NCBI GenBank assembly: GCA_050951805.1 | Contig: JBMNJT010000002.1 | Coordinates: forward strand, 1,248,001-1,312,000 | DNA from: Bacillota bacterium | Lineage (GTDB): Bacteria > Bacillota > DTU025 | Direction of reading: 5' to 3' | DNA length: 64,000 bases | In this document: piece by piece, positions 27,814 through 38,393 of the stretch | Layout of the letters: each line of letters starts with the position of its first letter | Numbering within the stretch: position 1 is the first letter of the stretch | Notes under the pieces: generated by a model | What the model was told of the DNA's origin: nothing | What the model saw: the letters and a program-made list of their open reading frames with translations, nothing else | Databases searched by the model: none | Made by a program: the position numbers and the translations under genes

Positions 27814-28500
27814 CTAGAATCTCTCGATCTCGGCCTTAAGTATCCCAGAAAGGCTGAGAACATGCTGAAGCAAGTCTGCCTGGGCCAACTGGGGATCCCT
27901 GCCAACCATGTTGGACGAGATTGTGACGTCGATCGATACAATAGAATTCTCCCTGTCAACGTTTATCTCGGTTTCGACTATGTTCATTCTGTATTTTCCA
28001 ATTATAGTGGCAATTTCGCCAAGTAGCCCCGGCCGGTCAATGGCGTTCACCTTGAGCACGGCTTCTCCATGTGGAAAGTATTTTCTTTCGACCCTGCTCA
28101 TAATCACCAAAATGAACTGGACCAACACTGTTGCGCCTATTGCCGGCCACACCATTCCCGCTCCAATGGCAAGGCCTATTCCTGCTGTCGTCCAAAGGCT
28201 TGCTGCAGTTGTAAGCCCTCTGATGGAGAGGCCTTCTCTCATGATCGTGCCCGCTCCCAAGAAACCAATGCCGCTGACAACTTGCGCCGCAACTCTGGCA
28301 GGATCGTGCAGACCGGAACCGGCAGGGCCAAAACCATGTATGCTGACAATGGTGATAAGGGCCGACCCAAGGCATACCAAGGAGTGCGTGCGCAAGCCGG
28401 CGGACTTGCCTTGCCTCTCCCTCTCAAGCCCTATTACTGAGCCTATCAATGTTGCGAGGCTCATCAGCCCTAACTGCTGCCAGAGCAAAGCTCTATCCAT
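27814..28500 (-). CDS. MgtC/SapB family protein with C-terminal ACT-like domain
   Basis: IGLERE, AGLRTH, AQVVSGIGFLGAG, GLTTAA, DRPGLLGEI. Confidence 0.92.
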   Translation of the reverse strand: MDRALLWQQLGLMSLATLIGSVIGLERERQGKSAGLRTHSLVCLGSALITIVSIHGFGPAGSGLHDPARVAAQVVSGIGFLGAGTIMREGLSIRGLTTAASLWTTAGIGLAIGAGMVWPAIGATVLVQFILVIMSRVERKYFPHGEAVLKVNAIDRPGLLGEIATIIGKYRMNIVETEINVDRENSIVSIDVTISSNMVGRDPQLAQADLLQHVLSLSGILKAEIERF

Positions 28501-28519
28501 ACTCCCCCCTCCAATCGCT

Positions 28520-29434
28520 CTAGCTTACCACTCTAGCGTGGGATTCTGCTACAATGCCCATTACTTGCTCGGCGGTTGCGCTCACTAGTTCGCGCGCCTT
28601 GTCCAACGCCTCTATGACGGGAGTAACCGCTTCGTCGCCAGCTATCTCCTTCAATGCTTGCAGGGCGGGAATGCGCAAGTCCTCGTTTTCTATGCATATG
28701 GCGACTAGAGGTTCTACTGCCCTGATATCACCAATTATTCGAAGCGCTTGTATCGCTGCGATTCGGACATCGCGCGAGTCGTCCTCGAGGCAGTCTGCCA
28801 AGACGTCGAATGAAGCTGGATCACCTATCTTGCGCAATGCCTCCACTGCTTCATACCTCACGCCGCGGTCTGCGTCGCGCGCCAACGCAATCAGGTGCGG
28901 CACTGCCCGGTCTTCGCCCATATCGCCCACGAGTTTAGCTGCGCGTTTTCTTACGGTGATGTCTTTAGAACATAGTTTTGCTTCGATCAGGGGCCACAGT
29001 CCATCGCGATCCACAGACTTCAGAGCGTTGCACGCGCTGTAGTAGACGTATACGCTCTCGTCGCGTAATGCGCGGACTAGCGGCAACAACGCCGCATTGC
29101 CGCCGCACGAAGACAGCCCCTCAACCGCCCAGACCCTAACTCCCTCGTCAGGGTCTGAAAGCGAATCTGCAAGCAGAGGGATGCATCTTGAGTCCTCCAA
29201 CTTGGAAAGCCCGTAGGCTGCGGCTCGCCGCGTAGCATCATCCCCGGTTGCCAAGAGGTCGGCCAAGAGTCCCAACAATCGCGTCCTGATAGAAGCTATC
29301 TGATCAGCAACGTTCCGTTTACAACAGATATCCGCGGTTGTTAAGTCCTGCTCCAGGGTTTTAAGTTCCTCAACTAGAGCCTCTATTCGCTTGGAATCAA
29401 CCGATGCTGTAGACAAGAAACGCACCCCCGGCAC
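28520..29434 (-). CDS. HEAT/PBS-lyase repeat protein
   Basis: About 7 repeats of D....VR..A..AL..IGD..AV..L. Confidence 0.85.
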   Translation of the reverse strand: MPGVRFLSTASVDSKRIEALVEELKTLEQDLTTADICCKRNVADQIASIRTRLLGLLADLLATGDDATRRAAAYGLSKLEDSRCIPLLADSLSDPDEGVRVWAVEGLSSCGGNAALLPLVRALRDESVYVYYSACNALKSVDRDGLWPLIEAKLCSKDITVRKRAAKLVGDMGEDRAVPHLIALARDADRGVRYEAVEALRKIGDPASFDVLADCLEDDSRDVRIAAIQALRIIGDIRAVEPLVAICIENEDLRIPALQALKEIAGDEAVTPVIEALDKARELVSATAEQVMGIVAESHARVVS

Positions 29435-29467
29435 ATAGTCTCAAGGGGCAAAATAATCAGCAATGAG

Positions 29468-30067
29468 TCATTTGGCCCTGAGAGCGAATTTGTTCTCAGT
29501 GCCCGAAAGCAGTCGCTCAATATTCGATCTGTGCCGCACAACGGCCAAAACGGCCAGAATTGCGCAGACTATGACATACGCTGAGGGATATCCCATGAAA
29601 TAAGCGGCTATGGGGGTTGCTGCCACTCCAACCATCGATCCCAAGGACGCATACCTGAAGGCGCACACCAGCCCGAGCCAGACTGCGGCAAGGATCAGGC
29701 CAACCGGCGGCATTATGGCAAAGATGAATCCAAAAGTCGTGGCTATGCCTTTGCCGCCCCTGAATCCCAGGAATATCGACCAGTTATGGCCTGCCACAAC
29801 GGCCAACCCTGAAGCCGCGATCACCCAATCGTTAGCCCCCAGGGCACTCCCTAGCAAGACAACCGCCAGGCCCTTAGAGGCGTCGAGCAGGAACGTCACG
29901 AACCCAAAAGGAAACCCGAGGGTCCGAAGAACATTCGTCGCGCCTATATTTCCACTTCCATGCTTTCTGACATCTACTCCGACCAAAGAAGTCCCTAGCA
30001 GCAAGCCAAAAGGGATAGAGCCGATAACATAAGAGATGGACAAGAGGATTACTGGCGACAATGTCAC
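29468..30067 (-). CDS. plsY: Glycerol-3-phosphate acyltransferase
   Basis: GSGNIGATN, GHNWS.F..FRGGKG, HRSNI.RL. Confidence 0.95.
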   Translation of the reverse strand: MTLSPVILLSISYVIGSIPFGLLLGTSLVGVDVRKHGSGNIGATNVLRTLGFPFGFVTFLLDASKGLAVVLLGSALGANDWVIAASGLAVVAGHNWSIFLGFRGGKGIATTFGFIFAIMPPVGLILAAVWLGLVCAFRYASLGSMVGVAATPIAAYFMGYPSAYVIVCAILAVLAVVRHRSNIERLLSGTENKFALRAK

Positions 30068-30086
30068 TGGGCTTCACCCTTCCGAT

Positions 30087-31409
30087 CTAGTCTCTCGCTC
30101 TGAACTGCACTATTATGGGTGTTCCGGAAAACTCGAACGCCTCGCGAATGGCATTCTCTAGGTAACGCTTATAGGAAAAATGTATCAACTCCGGGTAGTT
30201 GGTCCAAACCACGAAAAGCGGAGGACGCGACGATACTTGGCTCGCGTAGAATATGCGAACCGCCTTCCCCTTGTCGCTCGGGGGAGGGTTTCGCAGGACT
30301 GCGTCTTGCACTACTCTGTTCACCATCGATGTCTGAATCCTGCGTCGGTGGTGCATTGCCCCTTTCCTCACTGCGTCTAGGAGTTTGGTTATTCCCCTCC
30401 CCGTAAGGGCCGAGACGAAAAGGACATCGGCATATGGCATAAAACTCATCATGGTTCTGATTTTGCGTTCATAATCCCGCGCGAAAGCCTTATCCCGATC
30501 AACCATATCCCATTTGTTGACCGCAATAACCCCTGCTTTTCCTGCTTCATGGGCGTACCCGGCGATCTTCGTGTCCTGCACAACCGGATCAGAAGTACCA
30601 TCTATCACTGTTACCGCCACATCGCATCTGTCCACCGCGGCAAAAGCCCTGAGAACGCTGTACTTCTCCACCCCGGGATCGACCTTGCCTCTTCGGCGGA
30701 TCCCGGCAGTATCAATAATAACATATTTAGTCCCATCGTAATCAAAGACTGTATCGAGAGCGTCCCGCGTGGTGCCGGGTGTATCCGAAACGATGGAACG
30801 CTCTTCACCGAGAATCCTGTTTGCCAGCGAAGACTTCCCCACATTAGGCCTGCCGACCAGCGCCACCCGGATTGGATCATCATCTTTTTCAGCAGGCTCA
30901 TCTGTTTGAGGAGGCAATGCCTGTACAACTGCGTCGAGTAGGTTTCCTATGCCTATTCCATGAACCGCCGAGACGGGCATCGGATCCCCTAGCCCGAGAG
31001 CGTAGAATTCGTAGTCCATGTGGGCCGGATGATCCACTTTATTCGCGGCGAGAATCACAGGTTTTCCGGCTATGCGCAGCAGCTGGGCCACGTCCTTATC
31101 GTCAGATGTGATGCCAGAACGGGCATCTACAACGAAAATGATGACATCAGCCGCTTTCATGGCGTGCTCGGCATGTTCTCTTGTCTGCGTCGAGATGTCG
31201 TCTGCTGGATCGGCCTCAATCCCACCCGTATCGACAATGGCAAAGGATCTACCCGACCACTCTGCCGTGGAGTACACCCTGTCACGGGTAATGCCGGGCG
31301 AGTCGTCCACGATCGACGATCTGCTCCTTATTATGCGATTAAAGAGCGCAGACTTGCCGACGTTAGGCCGTCCAACAATGGCTACGAGCGGTTTAGCCAC
31401 ATCATTCAC
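30087..31409 (-). CDS. der: Ribosome biogenesis GTPase Der/EngA
   Basis: Two GRPNVGKS G-domains plus KH-like C-terminus. Confidence 0.97.
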   Translation of the reverse strand: MNDVAKPLVAIVGRPNVGKSALFNRIIRSRSSIVDDSPGITRDRVYSTAEWSGRSFAIVDTGGIEADPADDISTQTREHAEHAMKAADVIIFVVDARSGITSDDKDVAQLLRIAGKPVILAANKVDHPAHMDYEFYALGLGDPMPVSAVHGIGIGNLLDAVVQALPPQTDEPAEKDDDPIRVALVGRPNVGKSSLANRILGEERSIVSDTPGTTRDALDTVFDYDGTKYVIIDTAGIRRRGKVDPGVEKYSVLRAFAAVDRCDVAVTVIDGTSDPVVQDTKIAGYAHEAGKAGVIAVNKWDMVDRDKAFARDYERKIRTMMSFMPYADVLFVSALTGRGITKLLDAVRKGAMHHRRRIQTSMVNRVVQDAVLRNPPPSDKGKAVRIFYASQVSSRPPLFVVWTNYPELIHFSYKRYLENAIREAFEFSGTPIIVQFRARD

Positions 31410-32758
31410 CTCGCATTCGGTGGGTGCAGAGCAAGTATTGACTCGACGAGCCCTCGCGCGGTGGTAGGGGCTACCACCACCGGAACGCCCACAGAAGAAG
31501 CTATGCCCTCCACTGTGACATCGTCAAGTAGAGACCTTTCGCCGCTTTTCAGCATCACGTCGGGGATCACGACGAAATCGCCAAGACGACCCCGGGATGC
31601 TTCTTCCTGCAAAGACCGTATGATGTCTGCGCCAACCACCAGTCCGGAAACGGTAATGGATTCTCCGAAGAACTTATTCTCCACAGGCACCAACCGGACC
31701 TTTACCCCGTGAATCCCGTTCAAAGAGTCGCACGCGTCGCGTATTACTCGCGCGCCTAGAACGCCCGTTACCACAGTTGCGCAGATCCTTCCCGGGACTG
31801 AGCATGGAAGTTCTAGAGCGATCTGAGCAAATTCATCCAGAAATAGGCGTGCAAGTCCTATGCCGTTTTCAATCTGAGGATACTCGTCATATGCGTCAGC
31901 TGTAGGAAAAGGCAGAGACGCAAGACAGTAAAACTCATCTGCTGCGTAAACGAAGTGGTTTCCAAAAAGCTTCATGCATTCGTTCTGCGCCGAATCGACT
32001 ATCTCCAGAGTCTGACGGGCGATACCAGCTGATACAGGCTCAAGTTCGGGCAGACCCTGGCGGTGGGAGGTAAGGCCCACAGGAACTACGCCCACCGACA
32101 CACATGATGGCCACAGGTTCTGCAGATCCCTGATGCTCGCGGCGAGCACAGTGCCATCATTTATACCCGGAACCATCACTATCTGGCAGTGGAAATCAAT
32201 CCGTGCCTCTGCCAGCCGCTTCAGCGTAGGCATGATGGGGAAGGCATGTGTCCTCCCAAGCAACCTGCACCTGGTCACATCGTCCGTGCTATGCACGGAT
32301 ATGTACAGTGGAGAAAGCCGCATGTCCATTATGCGCTGAAGATCGCTCTCCCTCAAGTTAGTTAGGGTGATGAAGTTCCCCTGAAGAAAAGAGAGGCGAT
32401 AATCGTCGTCCTTAAAGTATAGAGTATCCCGCATGCCCCTGGGCAATTGGTCTACAAAGCAGAAAACGCATTTGTTCGCGCAGTGCTTCTCCCCATCGAA
32501 CACGAGCTCGTCGAATCGAAGCCCAAGACGGGGATCGTAATCATTGTTAAAGACTGCTGTCAGCATTGACCCGTCAGGCTTTTCGATCTCGAGCCTCGTC
32601 GTGAAGGAGCTAACATGATACTCATAGTCTATTATGTCTCGGATTGGATGTCCATTTACAGACACCAATACGTCTCCGGGGCAAATGCCCGCCGCATCGG
32701 CACGGCTGCCCTCATCAACTTGTGTAATTCTAGCCCGAGGCTGCATGATAGGCGTCAT
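31406..32758 (-). CDS. PDZ + DUF512 Fe-S protein
   Basis: C.NKC.FCF.DQLP.GMR..LY.KDDDYRLSF, ENG.G; usual neighbour of der. Confidence 0.9.
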   Translation of the reverse strand: MTPIMQPRARITQVDEGSRADAAGICPGDVLVSVNGHPIRDIIDYEYHVSSFTTRLEIEKPDGSMLTAVFNNDYDPRLGLRFDELVFDGEKHCANKCVFCFVDQLPRGMRDTLYFKDDDYRLSFLQGNFITLTNLRESDLQRIMDMRLSPLYISVHSTDDVTRCRLLGRTHAFPIMPTLKRLAEARIDFHCQIVMVPGINDGTVLAASIRDLQNLWPSCVSVGVVPVGLTSHRQGLPELEPVSAGIARQTLEIVDSAQNECMKLFGNHFVYAADEFYCLASLPFPTADAYDEYPQIENGIGLARLFLDEFAQIALELPCSVPGRICATVVTGVLGARVIRDACDSLNGIHGVKVRLVPVENKFFGESITVSGLVVGADIIRSLQEEASRGRLGDFVVIPDVMLKSGERSLLDDVTVEGIASSVGVPVVVAPTTARGLVESILALHPPNAR

Positions 32759-32779
32759 AGACCCGTGCCTCCAAGAAAA

Positions 32780-32813
32780 TCAAAAGGGAGAGGAAAGTCG
32801 CACTCTCCTCTCC
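32780..32813 (-). terminator. Intrinsic terminator after prsA
   Basis: GGAGAGGA/TCCTCTCC stem followed by a T-rich tract on the minus strand. Confidence 0.55.
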
Positions 32814-32858
32814 TCGTAGGTGTTATCCGTCTGCCGCTCTTGCTAGAGCTAGCAAAGG

Positions 32859-33782
32859 TTATTCCTTGATGCCGAATGGGGTCGTTGTCCCAAGATCCTT
32901 GTACTTGGAATCGGTTATCGTAATATCGCTATCAAGCTTCAGCTCGCTCACCAGCTGCTGAGCGGTCTTAGACTGCTGCATCTTAAGGTTTCTTTCGATA
33001 TCGTCCCTAACTTCGTCGAAAGAGGCTTCGCGAGCGGCTTTTCTATCCATGACTTTTATTATGTGATAGCCGAACTCTGTCTTGACTGGTCCGCTGACCT
33101 CGCCCGGCGAAAGAGCAAATGCAGTTTTCTCAAATTCTTCTGTCATTCGTCCGCGGGGGAACCAACCCACATCGCCCCCATTGACTGCAGTTGCAACATC
33201 GAGCGACTTTTCCTTGGCAAGCTCGGCAAAGTCTGCGCCCTCAGAAAGCTCCTGCTTGACCTCTTTGGCCTCTTCTTCAGTTGCGACTAGTATATGGCTG
33301 GCCAGAACTTGTTCTGGCTCGTCATAATCTGACTTGTTCTCTTCAAAGAAGGCCATCAGAGCATCTTCCTCTATTGTGATATCCTTCGTGGATATCTTGT
33401 ATACAAGGAGGTTCATCTCGATAATATCTTTGATTTGCTCATCGGTCCAGCCATACTGAGCGATCAGCATGTCGTAAGAAGGCCCGATCTGTTCCTTGAG
33501 TAGAGCTACTTCTTTATCTACCTCTTCAGGCGTTACTTCGACCCCTGCCTTCTTGGCGGCCTGGTGAAGCAGAGTCTCATTTATCAGTTCTGCTAGGGTA
33601 TCCTCCCCGTATTGCTCCTCAAGCCTCGCGATGAAATCGCGCCGCGATATCCTCTCGCCGTTAACTATGGCCACATGTGCCGAGTTGGTGTAAACTATCC
33701 ATATTATCCCGGCCACGACGATTGCGGCCACAATTATGGCCAACCGAACAAGACCGGCCTTGCGCTTGTCCATGCTTGCCAA
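32859..33782 (-). CDS. prsA: Membrane-anchored parvulin foldase (PrsA/YacD-like)
   Basis: N-terminal TM, ASHILV, FAELAKEKS.D, GGDVGWF, FGYHIIKV. Confidence 0.85.
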   Translation of the reverse strand: MASMDKRKAGLVRLAIIVAAIVVAGIIWIVYTNSAHVAIVNGERISRRDFIARLEEQYGEDTLAELINETLLHQAAKKAGVEVTPEEVDKEVALLKEQIGPSYDMLIAQYGWTDEQIKDIIEMNLLVYKISTKDITIEEDALMAFFEENKSDYDEPEQVLASHILVATEEEAKEVKQELSEGADFAELAKEKSLDVATAVNGGDVGWFPRGRMTEEFEKTAFALSPGEVSGPVKTEFGYHIIKVMDRKAAREASFDEVRDDIERNLKMQQSKTAQQLVSELKLDSDITITDSKYKDLGTTTPFGIKE

Positions 33783-33874
33783 CCCCCTTCTCTCAACTAC
33801 GATCCTGCTTACGTCCTGCTACTGGCTTAAACGAACTATGCCAGGCACGAGTTCCACATAAAAATGCTACGGCT

Positions 33875-33903
33875 AGTCTAGCATAGTGACGCAGGACTGT
33901 CAA
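33875..33903 (-). promoter_or_regulatory. sigmaA promoter of prsA
   Basis: TTGACA-17 nt-TAGACT with extended -10 TG. Confidence 0.75.
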
Positions 33904-33942
33904 CGAAACGCCAGCATACAGGCTGATATGATGGCAGCAATC

Positions 33943-36345
33943 CTACCTGTCGTCTCCGTCAGTCGAACCCTTAAGCTTGCTGGGATCGTAGTTGATTCGG
34001 TCGGCGATGGTGACGACATCGCTCTCTTTACTTTCCTTCATGTACCTGCGGTATTCATTGCGCTCCCTATCTTCCATCGCTTGCCGTATTGACAGGCTGA
34101 TGCGATGCTCCTGCTCCCTGAGGCCTATGACCTTGACTGTCACAGTTTCGCCAACTGACACGACCTCATCTGGCCTTCCAACGCGTCTGTCGGCGAGCTG
34201 CGAGATGTGAACGAGTCCCTCAATCCCGTCTTCAAGCCGGACGAAGGCGCCAAAATCGACGATCTTCGTCACGGTTCCAGAGACTACAGAACCCACAGGG
34301 AACCGCTGGCCAATGTTTTCCCACGGGTCAGGAAGGAGCTGCTTGTATCCGAGGGATATCCGTTCGCGCTCGCGATCTACATTGAGCACCAGGACCTTGA
34401 TGGACTGTCCCTCAGCGAGCACTTCGCCAGGATGCTTTATCCTGGACCAAGAGATATCGGAGATGTGAAGCAGGCCTTCAACTCCGTCTCCAATATCCAC
34501 AAATGCTCCGAACGACACGAGTCGGGTTACTGTTCCATCAAGCACCTGACCCCGCTCGAGCGTTTGGAACGCGCGCTCCTTAGCAAGTCTTTCTTCCTCC
34601 TCAAGCACTGCACGGTGAGAAAGCACCACATTGGAACGGAGCCTTTCAACTTCGCGGACCTTCAGCCTCAACGTCTGTCCAACATAGACATTCAAATCCT
34701 CTACGAACCTGCGCCCTACCTGCGACGCGGGAACGAAACCTCGGACTCCGATGTCGACAACTAGCCCGCCCTTAACAGCTTCTGTAACCTTGCCTTCAAT
34801 AATCTCCCCGGTATCCATGGCGTTCTCAAGCGTTTGCCACTTGAGGAGGGTGTCGGCTCGCGTCTTCGAGGCATACATCATGTCGGAACTCGGACGTTGA
34901 GAATCGTCGAGCACCACGTAGATTTCGTCATCCACAGAGACCACCTCAGATGGATGAGAGATCTGCTCAATGCTCAAATGCTTTTTGAAGATGACCGCAT
35001 CTTTGCCCGGTTCGACTTCTACGACCACTCTGTCGTCATAGACCTCTTTTACTCGGACCGGGATAACGTCAGGATCTGACGGGAGCTCGTGAGCAGGAGG
35101 CGTAAATCTCTCTGTGGCAGGCTTCTCCTCTTCAGCTTCAACCTGTTCGGCATCTCCAGCTTCCTCCTGGTCTGAATCGGCATCAACCGCCTCTGCCCCG
35201 CCAGTGTCCGGCGGAGCTGATCCTTCCGCGGCTTCTTCTCCGCCGTCGTCAGAGGATTCGTCCGTCCCGGCCTCTGAAGGGCTAGTCTCGGTCTTCTCGC
35301 ATTCCTCAGTTGCGCTGGTGTTTTCTGACGGTTGGACCGCGACTCGCTCCGCGCTCTCCTCGGGCACAGTCTCTCCTTGCTCGACTGCGGTCTCTTCGCG
35401 CTCCTTTGCTAGCTCAGTCGAGCTAGCCTCGCAAGTCTGTTCGTCTTGGCACTCAAGACATTTGGCTTCTTCCGAGTTCCCCTCGATAATTTCGTGCATA
35501 GCGTCCTTGACCTCCTCAATTACCCAACTAGGCGTGGATGCTCCGGCCGTCACGCCTATTGTGCGGGCGCTCAGTATCGCTTCGCGATCGAGCCCGCACG
35601 CGTTTTCCACCTTAAGCACCCGAGCGCCGGATTCGCGGCATACTTCCGCGAGACGCATGGTATTGGCACTCGCTGCACCCCCGATCACAACCATTAGGTC
35701 GACTTCTCCGGCAAGAGTCCTGGCGGCTTCCTGCCTTTCTGAAGTGGCCGGACATATGGTATTCACGGCATCGACTACCGCTCCCCGGTTGCGAAGAACG
35801 GAGACAACTGCCTCGAACAGGGATTGTTTGTGCGTGGTCTGTCCTATCACCGTGATAGGGCGCGCCGGCAGCGCCAGGGATTCGGCTTCGTTTGGATCTG
35901 AAACGACCACCACATCGCCGGCTGCGAATGCGGCGACTCCACGAATCTCCGGATGGTGCTTATCTCCGACGATTACCACGTACCGGCCTTCACTATGTGC
36001 CCTGGCCACTTCCCGCTGGGATCGAAGCACATGCGGACATGTGGCGTCCACGAGCGTTAACCCTCTCTCCCGGGCAGCCTGAATAGTCTCGGGAGGGAGG
36101 CCATGCGACGGAATTATGAGCACACGACCTGAGGCAGACTCGATGGAGTCAACTTGTTCGACGCCACATTTAAGGAGACTCGACACCACATCGGGGTTAT
36201 GGACCAAAGGCCCCAGGGTTACCGCGCCGCCTGAGCCGGAGCGCAGTGCTTCTTGCCCTGCCTCGCACGCGATGCGGACAGCTCGTTCAACCCCGCGGCA
36301 AAATCCGGCGTGTTTCGCCTCTCTTATGATGGGCGCACAAGTCAC
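33943..36345 (-). CDS. ispH: Bifunctional IspH / ribosomal protein S1 fusion
   Basis: GFC.GV, DATCP, NTIC.AT, TAGASTP, then an acidic linker and S1 repeats (GFVPASQ, FGAFVD, EGL.HIS). Confidence 0.93.
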   Translation of the reverse strand: MTCAPIIREAKHAGFCRGVERAVRIACEAGQEALRSGSGGAVTLGPLVHNPDVVSSLLKCGVEQVDSIESASGRVLIIPSHGLPPETIQAARERGLTLVDATCPHVLRSQREVARAHSEGRYVVIVGDKHHPEIRGVAAFAAGDVVVVSDPNEAESLALPARPITVIGQTTHKQSLFEAVVSVLRNRGAVVDAVNTICPATSERQEAARTLAGEVDLMVVIGGAASANTMRLAEVCRESGARVLKVENACGLDREAILSARTIGVTAGASTPSWVIEEVKDAMHEIIEGNSEEAKCLECQDEQTCEASSTELAKEREETAVEQGETVPEESAERVAVQPSENTSATEECEKTETSPSEAGTDESSDDGGEEAAEGSAPPDTGGAEAVDADSDQEEAGDAEQVEAEEEKPATERFTPPAHELPSDPDVIPVRVKEVYDDRVVVEVEPGKDAVIFKKHLSIEQISHPSEVVSVDDEIYVVLDDSQRPSSDMMYASKTRADTLLKWQTLENAMDTGEIIEGKVTEAVKGGLVVDIGVRGFVPASQVGRRFVEDLNVYVGQTLRLKVREVERLRSNVVLSHRAVLEEEERLAKERAFQTLERGQVLDGTVTRLVSFGAFVDIGDGVEGLLHISDISWSRIKHPGEVLAEGQSIKVLVLNVDRERERISLGYKQLLPDPWENIGQRFPVGSVVSGTVTKIVDFGAFVRLEDGIEGLVHISQLADRRVGRPDEVVSVGETVTVKVIGLREQEHRISLSIRQAMEDRERNEYRRYMKESKESDVVTIADRINYDPSKLKGSTDGDDR

Positions 36346-37013
36346 TTTTTTATCGCCTGCTCCCAGTCTGCTAGGAATCGCTCTATCCCTGCATCCGTAA
36401 GGGGGTGCTTCGCCATCTGCATCAATACCTTGTAAGGGACAGTAGCGATATCAGATCCGACCAACGCAGCTTCTATGACATGCATTGGATGGCGGATGCT
36501 GGCGGCTATGATCTCGGTTGCAATGCCGTGAATATCGAAAATAGAAGCCGTTTCCGCGACCACATTCATCCCATCGGAGCTAATGTCGTCGAGACGTCCC
36601 ACAAACGGGCTCACGTATGTGGCGCCAGCTCTGGCAGCCAACAATGCTTGGCTCGATGAGAATATGAGTGTAACGTTGGTGTTGATTCCCCTGGCAGCAA
36701 GAACCTTTACGGCTTTGAGCCCCTCAGATGTCATCGGTATCTTGATCACTATATTGGGGGACCAGGTCGAGATCTCGGCTGCTTCGCGGATCATACCATC
36801 CGCGTCCTGGCTGATCACTTCGGCGCTCACTGGCCCGTCTACGATCCTACAGATTTCAGAGACAACTTCCTTGAAGTCGCGGCCTTCTTTTGCAACAAGC
36901 GACGGGTTGGTGGTTACACCGCATACAACACCCATTTCGGCAACTTCGCGTATCTCGTCAATATTTGCGCTGTCGATAAAAAGCTTCACCTTCGCACACT
37001 CCCATATTCTCAC
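36342..37013 (-). CDS. fsa: Transaldolase / fructose-6-phosphate aldolase family
   Basis: [33 protein letters not shown]. Confidence 0.92.
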   Translation of the reverse strand: MRIWECAKVKLFIDSANIDEIREVAEMGVVCGVTTNPSLVAKEGRDFKEVVSEICRIVDGPVSAEVISQDADGMIREAAEISTWSPNIVIKIPMTSEGLKAVKVLAARGINTNVTLIFSSSQALLAARAGATYVSPFVGRLDDISSDGMNVVAETASIFDIHGIATEIIAASIRHPMHVIEAALVGSDIATVPYKVLMQMAKHPLTDAGIERFLADWEQAIKK

Positions 37014-37621
37014 GCAATCATAATCAGTTCACCGATGCGTTTCATTATTTCTTCGGCGAGCGCGTCCGTCTCTTCCCTGACAGTTGCTCCCGCTCGATCG
37101 ACTTTTGGCCATATGAGCTCACCAAAGACCACCCTGACCATGGGTTCTTTGAACCTCTTCAACCCTTTGCGATGCCCCGCAAAGGTTCCAACAACCGCTG
37201 CAGGAAGCACGGGTGTCCCTGTCTGTATGGCAAAACGCGCAGCTCCAGGATACGCCTTCTGCAGTTCCCCGGTTTCGCTGCGCGTGCCTTCAGGAAACAT
37301 GCCTAGAGCTCCTCCAGCCTTAAGTATATCCATTGATTGGCGATATGCTTCACGGTCAACCCTACCGCGCCTCACAGGAAAAGCATAAAGCCACCTCAAA
37401 ACGGCAGCCGAGATGGGATTCTCAAAAAGCTCGGCCTTTGCCATGAAGCGTATCCGGCGGTCGCAAGCACAGCCCAGAGCTATCGGGTCCAGGATGCTTG
37501 CGTGGTTCGCTACTATGATTACCGGACCAGTTGCGGGCACGTTTTCTTTTCCCGTCACCTTAAATCCGAAGGCAATGGATAAGTATAGTGTCATCACGAA
37601 TTTTGCGAAAGAGTAAAACAA
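37010..37621 (-). CDS. plsC: 1-acyl-sn-glycerol-3-phosphate acyltransferase
   Basis: NHASILD, FMAK.EL, FPEGTRS. Confidence 0.93.
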   Translation of the reverse strand: MFYSFAKFVMTLYLSIAFGFKVTGKENVPATGPVIIVANHASILDPIALGCACDRRIRFMAKAELFENPISAAVLRWLYAFPVRRGRVDREAYRQSMDILKAGGALGMFPEGTRSETGELQKAYPGAARFAIQTGTPVLPAAVVGTFAGHRKGLKRFKEPMVRVVFGELIWPKVDRAGATVREETDALAEEIMKRIGELIMIA

Positions 37622-38295
37622 GAAGCAGGCCTCCTAAGAGCAGCTAACATCGTGTCGACCACCTCATCCGGAGACAGTGTAGTGCAGTCGATGACAACTG
37701 CGTCAGGCGCCGGTCTGAGCGGAGAGATCTGTCTTGTACTATCAATGGTGTCGCGCTTCTCGATCTCCTCGACTAGATCCGCTAGGTCAACATGGCGTCC
37801 CTGTCTGGCGTAGTCAAGCTGTCGCCGTCGAGCCCGCTCCTCAGCTGATGCCGTCAGGTAAAACTTATGCGCCGATTCTGCAAGCACAACTGTACCTATG
37901 TCACGACCGTCCATTACTACGTCCGCGTCGTATGCGATTGCTCTTTGGGCTTCAACCATGTGCTTCCTAACCTGTGAGTACACTGACACCGGTGAGACAA
38001 CTGAGTCAACTTCTGCGCTGCGTATCTCTTCGGTGACGTCCTCATTGTTGAGAATAGTCCGCTGTCCGCCGCACTCGCTGCGCTCAACCCTTATGCAAAC
38101 AGATTTTGCGACATCCACAACCGCCGCCTCATCGTAGGGATCTAGCCCTCGACGAATGACTTCCAGGGCCAAAGCGCGGTAGAGGTCACCAGTGCTCACA
38201 TACCTATATCCAAGTGCATGGGCGAGCATCCGCGCAACCGTGCTTTTCCCGGCTCCAGCCGGGCCGTCTATGGCGATTGAATGTTCCAGCGACAT
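37594..38295 (-). CDS. cmk: Cytidylate kinase
   Basis: IAIDGPAGAGKST, MDGRDIGTVV. Confidence 0.96.
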   Translation of the reverse strand: MSLEHSIAIDGPAGAGKSTVARMLAHALGYRYVSTGDLYRALALEVIRRGLDPYDEAAVVDVAKSVCIRVERSECGGQRTILNNEDVTEEIRSAEVDSVVSPVSVYSQVRKHMVEAQRAIAYDADVVMDGRDIGTVVLAESAHKFYLTASAEERARRRQLDYARQGRHVDLADLVEEIEKRDTIDSTRQISPLRPAPDAVVIDCTTLSPDEVVDTMLAALRRPASCFTLSQNS

Positions 38296-38330
38296 ACATC
38301 AACGCTCTCCAATCAGTGTACAATTTAAAT

Positions 38331-38379
38331 TTATTCTACGCTAGTACGCTTATTCCTCTGCGACAACGAAAAATCCTTC
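38331..38379 (-). promoter_or_regulatory. Two interlocked sigmaH-type promoters upstream of cmk
   Basis: GAAGGATTT-12-GAGGAATAA and AGAGGAATA-11-GTAGAATAA. Confidence 0.55.
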
Positions 38380-38393
38380 TGCGTTCGTATAAT

